Shown: positions 30,709 through 43,633 of the stretch, piece after piece
How the letters are laid out: each line of letters starts with the position of its first letter
Position numbering within the stretch: the stretch's first letter is position 1
Source of the DNA: Zootoca vivipara
Lineage: Eukaryota
Assembly (NCBI RefSeq): GCF_963506605.1
Contig: NC_083277.1
Location: 17,794,001-17,858,000, forward strand
Length of the DNA: 64,000 nt
Reading direction: 5' to 3'
Position numbers and translations under genes: made by a program
The notes under the pieces: generated by a model
Databases searched by the model: none
The model's input: only the letters and a program-made list of their open reading frames with translations
Told to the model about the DNA's origin: nothing

Positions 30709-33700
30709 GTCGAGCTGCGCCTGCAAGCACACGGAGGTGGGAACCAAAGTTGTGAGTCTTTGCCTGCAGGATCAAAGGGAGCAACTTCCTTCTCTAATCC
30801 GATTGGCTGTTGTGCAAAGGGGCAGCATTTTTTTAAAAAAAATATTTTCATTAAATATTTTCTTGGTTTACAAAAGTCCATGCCTTGTCTCTCTCTCTTT
30901 TTAGCTTGTGCAGTCCTTACAAATCAGTTACATTTGTTGTGAGACCTTAGTGTTGAGTACAGATAAAGTTGGGGAAGAGAGAGGGAGGAGAGGAGGGGTG
31001 AGGTGGTGAGGCTTATATTATTTTATATAGTGTAGGTGTGGGGGTTTGTTATATATGTGTGTGTGTCTATCTGTCTATCTATCTATCTACAGCGTGTGTG
31101 TATATAATTTTTATTAAATTTTCTGTTTTCCAATTCAAAATACTCATTTTGCATCCTTAAGATATCAATAATAATAATAAGAATAATAATTAATAGTAAT
31201 AATAATTTATTATTTATACCCCGCCCATCTGGCCAGGTCTTCCCTGCCACTCTGGGCGGCTTCCAACACACATCAAACTACATTAAAATATCACAGACTA
31301 AAAACTTCCTTAAACTGCCTTTAGGTATTTTCTAAATGTCAAGTAGCAATGACTTCCCTTCTTCTCTGATTTTACATATCATAAATCCCTGCACATTTTA
31401 CAAAAACTATACCATTCAGTATTCCATTATTGCAGCCATCAAAACTTATTTACACTGTTGAATTTATTTTAATGCTGCCAGTGTTTTTAGCTACAGGTAG
31501 GTAGCCGTGTTGGTCTGAGTCGAAGCAAAATAAAAAAAATCCTTCAGTAGCACCTTAAAGACCAACTAAGTTTTTATTTTGGTATGAGCTTTCGTGTGCA
31601 TGCACACTTCTTCAGATAGACTTGAAACAGAAGTGTCAGACCCTTATATATATACAGAGGGTGGTGGGGGTGGGTGGGAATGGGTGATGGGCTGTACATT
31701 AGCTGTACAGTACACAATTATTTCCCATATATTCAATAAACGTTTTCCAATCTTCTTTATCCTATGTTCTTCTTGTTCTTTTATTATATCTGCTAAGTCT
31801 GCAAGTTTTACATATTTAAGTTGCCATTCGTCTTTGGTTGGGACCTCACTCGTTTTTCATTTTGGGGCTTACCTGTGGGGTTTTGCGTCAGCGCCAACTG
31901 GGTAGGTTCTTGTTATGCATTGAAGTTCTCACCCTAGCCACCAGGGGTATTGTATATATAGTTTTCACTCAGGTCCAGGTCAGTTAATTTAGGCAGGAAG
32001 CCCTGGGCTGCTGTTTGCAAGGAGGCAGGTCAGAACATCAAAAGCAGCGTGCAATTCTAGTGCAGACAATTCTGTGGTGTCTGTAACGGAACATTTGAAA
32101 TGGCTGCAAGGGTAGTTTGCACGACACTTGACTTTTATTTGGTGCACTCAATTGTTTCTCTAGAGAAAGGAGATTTTTATTTACTGCTGCGCAGAGAGAG
32201 GCATGAACAGTTAAGAGTAACGGAACATGCAAATCTCCATCAGTTGGCCGCTTCTACCCAAGCTTCTACCCATGGATCTGCACATCAACAGCAACACACA
32301 CTGTTCGATCACTGTATTATTGCTCCGGCCCTGCCAAATGAATTATTTTATTTATTTATTTCAATTTTTTATCATCTTTTTTCCCCTCCAAGGAGCTGAT
32401 ACATGCTTCTCCCATTCCTTATTTATTTTCCACAACACTGTGAGGTAGGTTAAGGCTGCAAGTTAGTGACTGGAGCAAGTGTGAGCCGAGTGGGGATTTG
32501 AACCCTGGTCTCTGTAGGTCCTAGTCCAACACTCTAACCACTACACCACACTGGTTCATGTGCGTAACAAGGGGTTTTTTTTTGTTTGGGGGGGGGGCAG
32601 AGCCGATGTGATTGGTCAGTTAGTTAAGTATTTTTATTGTTTTCTTGATCTGGGAGGAGCAGCTGCTTCCCCCCCCCCGGCTACGCCCATGCAGTGGTTC
32701 AGGAGGAAAACAACAACATTTGTCTAGGAAATCAGGAAGAACACCAGGCTGCAAACCTCCTCTAACACCTAGCTTTCTCTATGCAGGAAAACTTTTTTAT
32801 TTTATTTTATATTTATTTTATTTGCTTTAGCAATCAGACCTGAGTCTGTTAAGAACTTGGGTGGGAGATCTCCTGGAGATATGGCACCTTAGGCTTTACG
32901 ATGGAAGAAAGGTGGGGTATAAATGTAGGGAAATAAATTAAGGAGAGCTCCCAGCTCATTAAGAAACCAATTTCCCCCACACCTGTGAGGGTACTATCAC
33001 TTTAAGTGAACCAGATGAGCCTGGAACAGGCCTTAGGGTAGGAGAATGATTCAGCGATAGAGAAGCTATGGCTTCCTTTAAACATAGATGACCCATTTGT
33101 TGTTATTATTATTTTTAAAAGCAGTTTCATAAAGTTTGTCTTATGTTTATGAACATCTGGACTTCTGCAAGTTATTACGGTAATAGAATAGCAGAGTGCC
33201 TGCTGCTCTTGAGAGCTAGGTCAAAGAAAGAGAGTGCAAGCCTGGACAAAAGTATTTATGGTGTAGCTCTAGCATCACCATCAAGTTTATTTCTACGCTG
33301 CTTTTCCAAATTCTGCTCCAAGCAGCTCATGACAACCGTCATGGAAGAGGCAGAGGCACTTGTAAAGGGACCTGCAAAACCTCACCATTTTTATTAGGCA
33401 ACAATCCTCATAACACACTATTCAGGACCACCAGTGAATGTCAAGATACTATACCACTGAAAAAGCATTTCCATCTTGTTGCCTCTCGTTTTCTTATCGG
33501 CTTAAGTAAAGCGTGCCAAGGGCTGACTGACCTTCATCAGAAGACTGGGGGCTGGCTTCAAAGCCATCAGAACAATAATTTCATTGGACGCCCAGACATT
33601 CTTCATGTAACAAGATAACACTGGCAGAGAAGTGCGATATTCTGCACGGGACAAATCTGTAACTTTGCTTAAAGATATGTGTTGCTATGGCTTTGTGTAG

Positions 33701-33757
33701 TACATAGGAGCATGTCTTGAGGATGCATAGAAGCAGCCAGTGAGGATGGTTTAAGTC

Positions 33758-34059
33758 AGGGGTCTCCAAACTAAGGCCCGGCCCGATCACCTTCTAAATC
33801 CGGCCCGCGGACGGTCTGGGAATCAGTGTGTTTTTACATGAGTAGAATGTGTCCTTTTATTTAAAATGCATCTCTGGTTTGTGGGGCCTGCCTGGTGTTT
33901 TTACATGAGTAGAATGTGTCCTTTTATTTAAAATACATCTCTGGGTTATTTGTGGGGCATAGGAATTCGTTCATTTTTTCCCCAAAATATAGTCCAGCCC
34001 CCCACAAGGTCGGAGGGACAGTGGACCAGCCCCCTCCTGAAAAAGTTTGCTGACCCCTG
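33758..34059. mobile_element. hAT-Charlie-like MITE (copies 46226-46481, 48504-48758)
   Basis: CAGGGGT...ACCCCTG termini, shared internal TTTTTACATGAGTAGAATGTG; 8-bp TSDs matching 7/8 for the latter two copies. Confidence 0.75.
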
Positions 34060-36574
34060 GTTTGTTTCTGTCATAATTGCATTCCTTCCTGTAATATTAT
34101 TAAAGCTATGTGTACCCTTTGTTTGGGGGTTCCAGCTTTTCGGAGATATCCACTGTGGTCTCTAGATTTACTCTTCAGCAATAAATTTGAACTCTTTCCA
34201 CGCGCTGAGTTTGTCTTCTTTTGGCTGAAGGGTCATCGTTCTTATCCCACCATCCTTTGTAGGGTAACACAAGTTCAAAAGAGGTTTTAGCAGTTCTCAT
34301 TTTTATATGTAACCCGCCATGAGTCCCTTCAGGAAAAAGGCAGGATATATATAAATACTGTTGTGAGGGTGTTTTTTTGGGGGGGTTAGGCTGTATGGGG
34401 CCCGAGTCCCTTCCAATTCCTGGATCTAGCGAGGATTACATTGCTGGCATAGCCAGGCTAGCTTCCTGGTATGGTAGTGGCTTAAGTGCGAGTCGTTAAA
34501 ATAACAAAGGAAGTGGCTTTGTGCCAGAGGACAAATAGTGCCCCCCCTCCTCACCTGGCTGGTAATTTAGAAGGACTAAAGACTAAAGACACTGTTGTAT
34601 GAGTTGGAAGCTAGGAGAAGGCAAGCTGAAGCCTGTGAGGGAGAGACATGCTTGATTTCTGCTGGAATCCAAGGCTGTGGTTATGGGAGAAGCAAAACTT
34701 TATGGGGCGTTAATGCTGTGAGACCTGTAGAACTCGAAGTAGCAGGGTTGCCCAAAACAAGTTTTTGCGCAAAAACATAATCAGTCCACAGCCTCAGCCA
34801 CCACTGCATCACCAAAAGTGGAGTGTTTTGTGCACAGGACAAGAAGTTTGAATGTAATAGTGTAGCCACAGTGCGGGAAGAAGGGTTTCTGTGGAATAAG
34901 TGTGCATGCTCCACCCCACTGCCAAGGGTGGATGGCGATGGAGGCAACCAGAAAAGCAGACTATTTAGAACTAGGAAGAATGAATGGGAAAACTGGGGTT
35001 TTCAGGAGTCTTCCCCCAAGTTAAACCAAAGGTAAAAAGTACCTGTGGGAATGGCCAACGCCGGACCAAACTAAAAATGGAACAACTAGATCCACACTTA
35101 AGAGTGTGGATCAGCCCCAATTTTTCATTTTCCCATGATCAGCCTGGCAGCAGATCATTTTATTTTCCCATTTCCTAACTGGCCAGTCGATCAACCAATC
35201 TCTGCCTTCCAGGAAGGGTTTTAAAAGCAGGCATAAGAAAATGATAGGCTTCTGCTCACCTCCATGCTATGAAAAGCTTCTCATGCCTGCAGATCAAACT
35301 GTAGTAGTTCATCGCGCATGAAAGCAGGCTAGATGAATATTAAATGCACCCAAACTTGAATGAAAACAGATTCATATTGTTTATTCTGAATAAAATCAGA
35401 GCGGCTTGAAAAAATGTTGCGCTTCAATAGTATCCATTTCCAAGTTCTTGAGGGAGTCCGTCCGTTCCACCACCAATTTCTACACACAGCCACAGTCCAG
35501 TTTTCTCACCCTTTCCTCCATCCACCCAGTTAGCAGGCCATGTGTAAGGGAATGAACCCTGGTAAAAAGTAGGGGAGGGGCGATATGGGGTCATCCCCAC
35601 CCCAGAAAAGGGAGAAAGAGGGGAAGGTGTATTTCTCACACTGCCTGCTTGCTTGGTCCTCCCTCATTTTGTCTTGTCCTTTTTGTCTTGTCCTTGCCAG
35701 CCAGGCAGCCATCAGCAGCAGTCTCTGTGACATCATTTTTTTAAAAAGCAACTTTTTACAGGCACCTGCTGGTCTTCTTTCTGTGAGGCCCAGAGGCACC
35801 CTGCAGAATTAAATGGGAGGTGGGAATCAACTGTGGAGAGCTTTGTTCTGGCTGCATTGCGCTCACAGTGAAGCGTTGTTGTTTTTCAAAGGAAGGTGTT
35901 GTGGGTACTGACTCATGGCACCAGCCATCTGCAGCGAGGGGCAGGGGATGTGCCTAGCAGCCCAGGCCTAACGGTGCCACTCCTTTAATATAAAACCTCC
36001 AGACGGTGTTGTACTACAATTCCCATCAGCCTCTGCCAGCAGTCAGGGGTGATGGAAGTTGCAGTCTAGCAACATCTAAAGCAGGCATCACCAAACTGCA
36101 GCCCTCCAGATGTTTTGGCCTACAACTCCCATGATCCCTAGCTAACAGGACCAGTGGTTGGGAAAGATGGGAATTGTAGTCCAAAACATTTGGAGGGCCG
36201 AAGTTTGGGGATGCCTGATCTAAACGGCACCATGTTGGCTATCTCGACCTTATATGATGCGTGTATTCTTTTAACATCGGCTGTGTTTAAAAGAGTTGAA
36301 ATCAGTACAACGTTTGTGTAATTTAAAACTGATATGCACAATACAATTTGCTAGGCGGTTTTTTGGGGGCACAAAATGTCGATTTTTTGCTGAAGGAAAT
36401 TTGGGATTTGCTTCACACTAGGATCCTTGCCTTGCAAGTGGGACATGGCCTGTAAAGCCACTCTTCCTGTGCCGTAGAGAAGACAGCTACCCAAACCTAG
36501 ACAAGCGATTTTTTGCATGTGTGTTACTCAGTCTCGCTGCAGTTAGCCCAATACACTGACATCAAAACTCGCTG

Positions 36575-39500
36575 CTAAATCCTCAGCTCGGTTCCAGGCC
36601 AGACCCAGAGCCAAGGGAAGATTCTCTCCTGACTGAACATCGCTGGTGAGAAAACGTAGATTAACACTGATGTATCGGCATCAAAAAATGCCACTCGTTC
36701 CTCTTCATAGTCCAGAAATACCCAGACTCTCCTGGGGCAGTTGCGCGATGGCAAGATAGTCGGTGGATAGGTAAGAGCTTCAAGGAGATCCCCACTTTGT
36801 TGTAGAGCCCATATCTGCTCCTCGGGGCTAGGGGTGATCTGTCCTTTCCTTTCAACAGATTCTTTTGCAAAGCCCACGGCCCAGTGCTTCCCACTGGCCA
36901 CTTCGACTTCCCAATAATGCCTCCCCGACGTGAGTCCCTCGCAGCCCAGCACACAGGGGTAAGTATCAAATCTCTCGGGGTTGTCATCTACATCCTGCCA
37001 TGCATCTCCGAGTCTCACACTCTTCTGATCCGCTGAGAGGACGAGGAAGGGGTTTGCAGTGTCTCGATCCAGAGTCACGTTCACTTGGGAGGGAGGGAGG
37101 AAAAAGAGTGTGTGTGTGTTACAGACAGAACTGGTTCCCTAATATAATGCATCTGTGTATGTTATTTTCTCTAATACAGTGGTACCTCTGGTTGCGGACA
37201 CGATCTGTTCCTGTGCCATTCGCACCCCGAAAAGTCCGTAACCAGAGCGCGCTTCTGCACATGTGTGAAGCGCAATAGAGCGCTTCTGTGCATGCAGCGA
37301 AACCCGGAAGTAAACACTTCCGGGTTTGCCGTGTTCTTAACCCGAAAAAAATGCAACATGAAGCGTTCACTAGAAGAGGTATGACTGTACTGTATTTTTA
37401 TGCACGCTTTCCCCCGATATACATATTTTTGTGACACATTATTTGTTGCTATGGAAAACTGCACTGGAACATTAAAAGAAGAATGAGTTTCAAAAGGTAG
37501 CTGTTTTGATTTGTCCGAAAAAAATTACACTTCACTTGGGAAGACAGGCGAACTAATACCAGTGTATTGGAAGAAGCAAAGATCACCAGTTTCAAAGCAA
37601 TGATTCTTCAACTTCATTGGCATGGTCATGTTGTCTTCCAAAGCAACTACTCTATTCCGAACTTAAAAATGGAAAGCATAATGCTGGTGGTCAACAAAAG
37701 AGATTTAAAGACTATCTCAAGCAAAATCTTTAAAAATGTAGTATAAACACCGACAGCTGGGAAACACTGGCCTGAGAGCGCTCCAATTGGAGAACAGCCT
37801 TTACCAAAGGCGTCATGGGCTTTGAAGAAACTCGATCTCAGGACGCAAGGGAGAAACGTGCGAAGAGGAAGACATGCTTGGCAAATCCACACCGTGATCA
37901 ACTCCTGTCCGGAAGCCAATATCCCCACTGAGGAAGGACATGTGGATCCAGAATTGGCCCCCACAGTCCCTTACGGACTCATTGTTAAAACCGTGTTCAT
38001 GGAAGACAATCTTACTCAGCTACGAGTGATCGCCAAAGAAGAATTATTATTCCAGAGTCAGAGAGTGAAGAAGAGGAAGAAGATAAAGATTTAAGTAAAG
38101 AACCCGACCAAGACTAGATAAAATCTTATCTTCCTGATATTAGGAAGTAAAATGGCATCATTGAAGATACATACTTGGAATGTACATGGATTGAATAACA
38201 AAGTGAAAAGAAATAAAATTGATCATATTTTGAAGAAGAAAAATTTGGATATAATCTGTCTTCAGGAAACACATGTGGCGAAAAAACACAATTATATTCT
38301 TAGAAATAAAAGGTTGGGTAAAGAATTTATAAATTCAGTAGAAAATAAAAAGAGAGGAGTGGTTTTGTATATAAAAGACAAATTGGATCCAAATCTGATG
38401 TTTAAAGATGAAGAAGGAAGAGTGATAGCGGTCCAAATATCGACCCAAGGAGAAAAAATGCTGGTGGTGGGAATCTATGCACCGAATGAGAACAAAGCGG
38501 AATTTTACAAGAATTTGGAAGAAAGGTTAGCAGAGTATATGGACCAAAAGATAGTGCTTATGGGCGATTTCAATGGAGTGACAGTACCAGAATTGGATAG
38601 GACAAAGAAAAGGAAGAATGAAGGCAAGTTACCAAAATCCTTCTTTGAATTGGTAGAAAACCTGGGCCTAGTGGATATTTGGAGGTTAAAGCATCCTACG
38701 CTTAAACAGTTTACATTCTTTTCAGAACCAAATCAAAGTTCTGGAAGAATTGATCATATATGGATCTCCAAAGAACTAGTACCCAGGGTGAGTAAAATAG
38801 AGATAATACCACGAACATTATCAGATCACAATTCAATATTTATGGAAATGAAAAGCAAAGATCAGAATTCCTTTAGGTGGAGAATGAATGAGGAGCTTTT
38901 CGAAGATAAAGAGGTGGTAGTAAAAGCTAAGAATATCCTGAAAGATTATTTTCATTGGAATCTACATAAAGACACTGGACTTGATATGGTATGGGACGCA
39001 AGTAAAGCAGTAATGAGAGGCTTTCTAATACAGCAAAATAGTTTCCTGAAACGAAAGAAAGAAAAGAAGAAGGAGGAAATCCTGAAGTGTCTCATGGAAA
39101 ATGAGAAAAACCTGATAGATAAACCAGAGAATCAACAAATCAAACATAACATAAAGATGTTACAGACACAATTCTCTATGTTGATCAGTCAGGAGATAGA
39201 ATGGAAAATAAAGCAGATGAGACAAAAAAATTTTGAATCAGCGAACAAAACAGGAAAATTATTGGCATGGCAATTAAGGAAACGTCAAAATCAAAATATG
39301 ATAGTGAAGATAAATATGGAAGGAAAAGTGACTGAGGAGCCAAAGGAAATAAAGAAAGCCTTTCAAAAGTTTTACAAAGAGTTGTATTGTAAAAAGAAAG
39401 AAGAGGAGAAGAAGATCAGTGATTATTTAAGCAAACATGGACTGAAACAAATCCCAGAAGAGGAAAGAAAGAAACTTAATAATAGGATAACAAGGCAAGA

Positions 39501-42500
39501 AGTACATCAGGCAATAACGAGAATGAAAGTAGGAAAAGCCCCAGGACCAGATGGATTATCAGCAAAATACTATAAAGTTTTAAACGGACAGCTGATACCG
39601 ATTTTAGAAGAAGTGATGAATGATATTCTTGCAGGAGGAAAGATCCCAAATACATGGAAGGAAGCGTATATTACATTGATTCCAAAACCAGGAGCGGATG
39701 GCTTAGAAGTCAGAAATTATAGACCAATTTCTTTATTGAACAACGATTATAAGCTTTTTGCAGACATTATGTCCAAGAGATTGAAAGAAGTTTTGAATGA
39801 AATGATACATAAGGATCAAGCTGGTTTTCTTCCTGGTAGACAGTTAAAGGACAACGTCAGACATATAATAGATGTAATAGAATATCTGGAAACCAAGATA
39901 GATAAGCCAGCAGTATTAATGTTTGTGGATGCAGAGAAAGCATTTGACAATATATCTTGGCAGTTTATGAAGAAAAATCTGGAATCGATGGTTGGCAAAG
40001 ATTCTTTTTTGAATGGGATTGAGGCAATATAGTCAGAACAAAAAGCAAGATTGATAATTAATAACACATTAACGGAATATTTTGACATCACAAAAGGAAC
40101 TAGACAGGGGTGTCCCTTATCCCCTTTATTATTCATCATGGTCCTGGAAGTACTATTGAATAGATTAAGAGATCTTTCAACTATTAGAGGAATTAAAGTA
40201 GGTGCAAAGCAATTTAAAGTGAAAGCCTTCGCGGATGATTTGGTCTTAACTCTAGAAAATCCTAATGAAAGTGTTGCAGCGGCTATAGAAGAAATTGAGA
40301 AATTTGGACAATTAGCAGGATTTAAATTAAATAGACAGAAAACAAAGGTGATGGCAATGAATATGACGAAAGAGGAAAAGCAAGAGCTACATCTAAAATA
40401 TGGTTTTGATGTGGCAAAAAAAGTAAAATACCTTGGAATATGGATGACAGCAAAGAACATTAACTTATATAGTGACAATTATGAACCAGTATGGAGAGAA
40501 ATAAAGAAAGACCTGGAAAGGTGGACTAATATGAACATGTCATTCTTAGGAAGAATAGCAGCAATTAAGATGAATATCCTACCTAAAATGTTATTCTTAT
40601 TTCAAACTATACCTGTGGTGAAGGGTACAAGACAATTTCAAGAATGGCAAAAGATTTTGTCAAGATTTCTCTGGCAGGGGAAAAAACCTAGAATAAAACA
40701 TAAAATCTTGGTAGACAGAAAAGAAAGAGGTGGTTTCTCCCTGCCAGATTTAAGACTTTATTATGAAGCGTCTTGTATGTGTTGGATTAAAGAGTGGATA
40801 ACGTTGAAGAATACTGACCTGCTAGATTTGGAAGGTTTTAACAATAGATTTGGGTGGCATGCATATTTATGTTATGACAAAAAGAAGTCTCATACTGGGT
40901 TTACCAATCATGTGATAAGAAGATCTCTGTACGAGGTGTGGGAAAGAAATAAAATGCTGTTAGAGACCAAAAAACCATGGTGGGTTTCACCAGCAGAGGT
41001 ATTAACAGTGAAGAAAGTAAATATGGAGGGGAGGTGGGCCACTTATGAGGAAATTTTGATAAGAACTGATAAAGGATGGAGACTTAAACCCTATGAAGAA
41101 ATTAAAGGAGTTTTAACAGGATGGATACAATACCATCAAATAAATGATGTTCTTAGGGAAGACAGGAAAATAGGTTTTGAGGACAAAAGGTCCAAATTCC
41201 AAATAGAAGTGCTAGAAGGCAAAACAAAGCTTCTGTCAAAAATGTACAATTTGTTATTAGAATGGTATACGAAGGATGAGTTGACAAAAGAAGTGATGAT
41301 CAAGTGGGCAAAAGATTTTGGGCACAATATTGATTATGACGCGTGGTTGAAATTATGGACTCAAACGTTGAGATTTACAGCATGTACTGCTTTGAAAGAA
41401 AATGTGTATAAGATGATGTATAGATGGTATTTAACACCAGTTAAATTAGCCAAAATGTATAGAATGAGTGACAAAACTTGCTGGAAATGTAAAGAGAGAG
41501 ATGGTGAATTTTATCATATGTGGTGGACATGCGATAAGGTAAAAAGATTTTGGGAGATGTTATATAATGAGCTGAAAAAGATGTTTAGATATACTTTCCC
41601 AAAAAAACCTGAAGCATTTTTACTAGGAATAATGGGAGGAGAGATTAGAAAAGAAGATCAAGTATTGTTTATGTATGCGACAACCGCGGCTAGGACTTTG
41701 TTAGCCCAAAAATGGAAATTACAAGAAATTCCAACGATTGAGGAGTGGCAGATTAAAATGATGGACTATGCTGAACTCGCAAGGATGACTTGCAAGATCC
41801 GCGACCAGGGGGAGACAAGGTTTCAAAAAGACTGGAGTAAATATGTGGATTATATGGAGAAAAATTGTAGATCTTTAAAAACACTTGCAGGATTGAAATA
41901 AATCCTACGAATTGACCAAACAGTTAAAAAGGAACTGCAAAAATGTAGTAAACAAGAAACCCGCATGAAGGGAGGGGGGGAAGTCGTAGCTCGGCAGAGC
42001 AAAATGTTAGATGAAAATTTATAATGTTGTGTATAAAAGAATGTTTTTTTTTATTATTTTAATTGGATAAATTGGAAATTGAATAAAAATTTATTTAAAA
42101 AAAAAAAAGAAGAATTATTATTCCAGAAAGTCCTAATTAAGTAGATTTGCCTTTCCCTGGGAACTGAATTAAAAATCTCCCCTGTCCCTACGGCTGCAAC
42201 ATACTCAGAAATTGTGTAACCGTTACTGAGCCCCAAAACTACTGACCTCTTGTGCCTCTTTTCTTCACTTCGGCATAAGGCAACTCAAATAATCTTGTCC
42301 TGCCTTTCCGGACTCCTAGTTCCTCTTTTGACAAATATATGCTCTCCAGTTCAACTGACACAGCAGCTAGAGTAAGAGAGGAGAAAAATGGAGATTAGAT
42401 TCCACAAAGCTGGTGCGCTTGGGCCAGTGGTTTTCAGAATTATACATTCAAGGAACTCTTCCCCCTTCAAATTATATAATGAGGAGCTCTGGTGTGACTG

Positions 42501-43589
42501 CCAAAGAGAAACATGATCTAGGGCAGGGGTGGGCAGCAGGTAGACAGGGCACTGGTAGAGCTCAGGGTATTTTGAAGTGGATCAGCAAGAGTTGTTTATT
42601 GACTCTAGGTTGTCCATATTTTGCAAGACGGATTCAAGAGCATATGGGAAAATTTAGCTTTACAAAATTATTTTTTTATTATTATTTATTAAATTTGCAT
42701 GCTGCCCTATATCCTGTAGACCTCAGGGCTGTTCACATTAAATTACAACATGAAAAACACAAAATACATAAAGTGGATCTGTTGCCCTGGTGCTCCAAAT
42801 TCACTTTTTTAAAAAAGACTTTTTGCAGTTAGGAAAGTAATGGGGAAACGCATCGAGAAGTATGGGATGGACAAATACCGGTACCCTGGCAGGGCAGGCT
42901 GGTTCTGTCAGCGTGCCCACCTCTCCATTCCCCTGACTTATCACTGCGCTGTCCAGGTATAAAGCAGCAATAGTGCTGGTCAAAAGGGTGGTACTACGGC
43001 ATTGCTCCACCATGTGGGCCACTCCTGATCACCAGCTGGGGACCCGATGTCAGTGGCGAACTTTGGGCTTTCAAATTTCAGCGCGCCCTGTGCATCACCA
43101 AAATACCCTCCCTGCCTGCTTCCTTGTTGTAGCGCCTCCTGCAGCATCCTCTTGGCTCGGCACCCAGTGCAGGTGAACTGATCACGGTCCCCTAAATCGC
43201 CCTTTGCAATAAGCCAGGAGTACAACTTATCTTGTCGTTAAGTTGCTTTGAGACTATATATATATATATACACATATATACCAACGAATGTTAAAAATTA
43301 CTATTTTACTGTTTCTAATGATAATAATTCCTCCCTTCCCTCCCACCCCCACCTTGGCACCTTTGAATTTCTTTAAGATCTCTTCCAGGTGCATCCTTTT
43401 CTCGGAAAACACATTCAGCCTCTTTTCCAGATCTTGAGAGCAGCCCACTGGTTTCTGGGTCTTCTGATCATCGCATCTGGAAGGGGAAAAGGCTCTCCTT
43501 AACCAAGGGCTTGGGAATTCTCTAACCCATGTTCCTTGCCTCTGCCTCCAGCTTGGGAGTTAGTGATTCCCAGAATAATAATAATAATA

Positions 43590-43633
<44 letters not shown>

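Noticed and set aside
34360-34790. Possible solo LTR (also 1-190 and ~31870-32100)
   Set aside because: No convincing TG..CA ends with TSD identified by eye.
39816-40478. 220-aa antisense ORF in L1
   Set aside because: Antisense shadow of RT coding sequence; no independent evidence.
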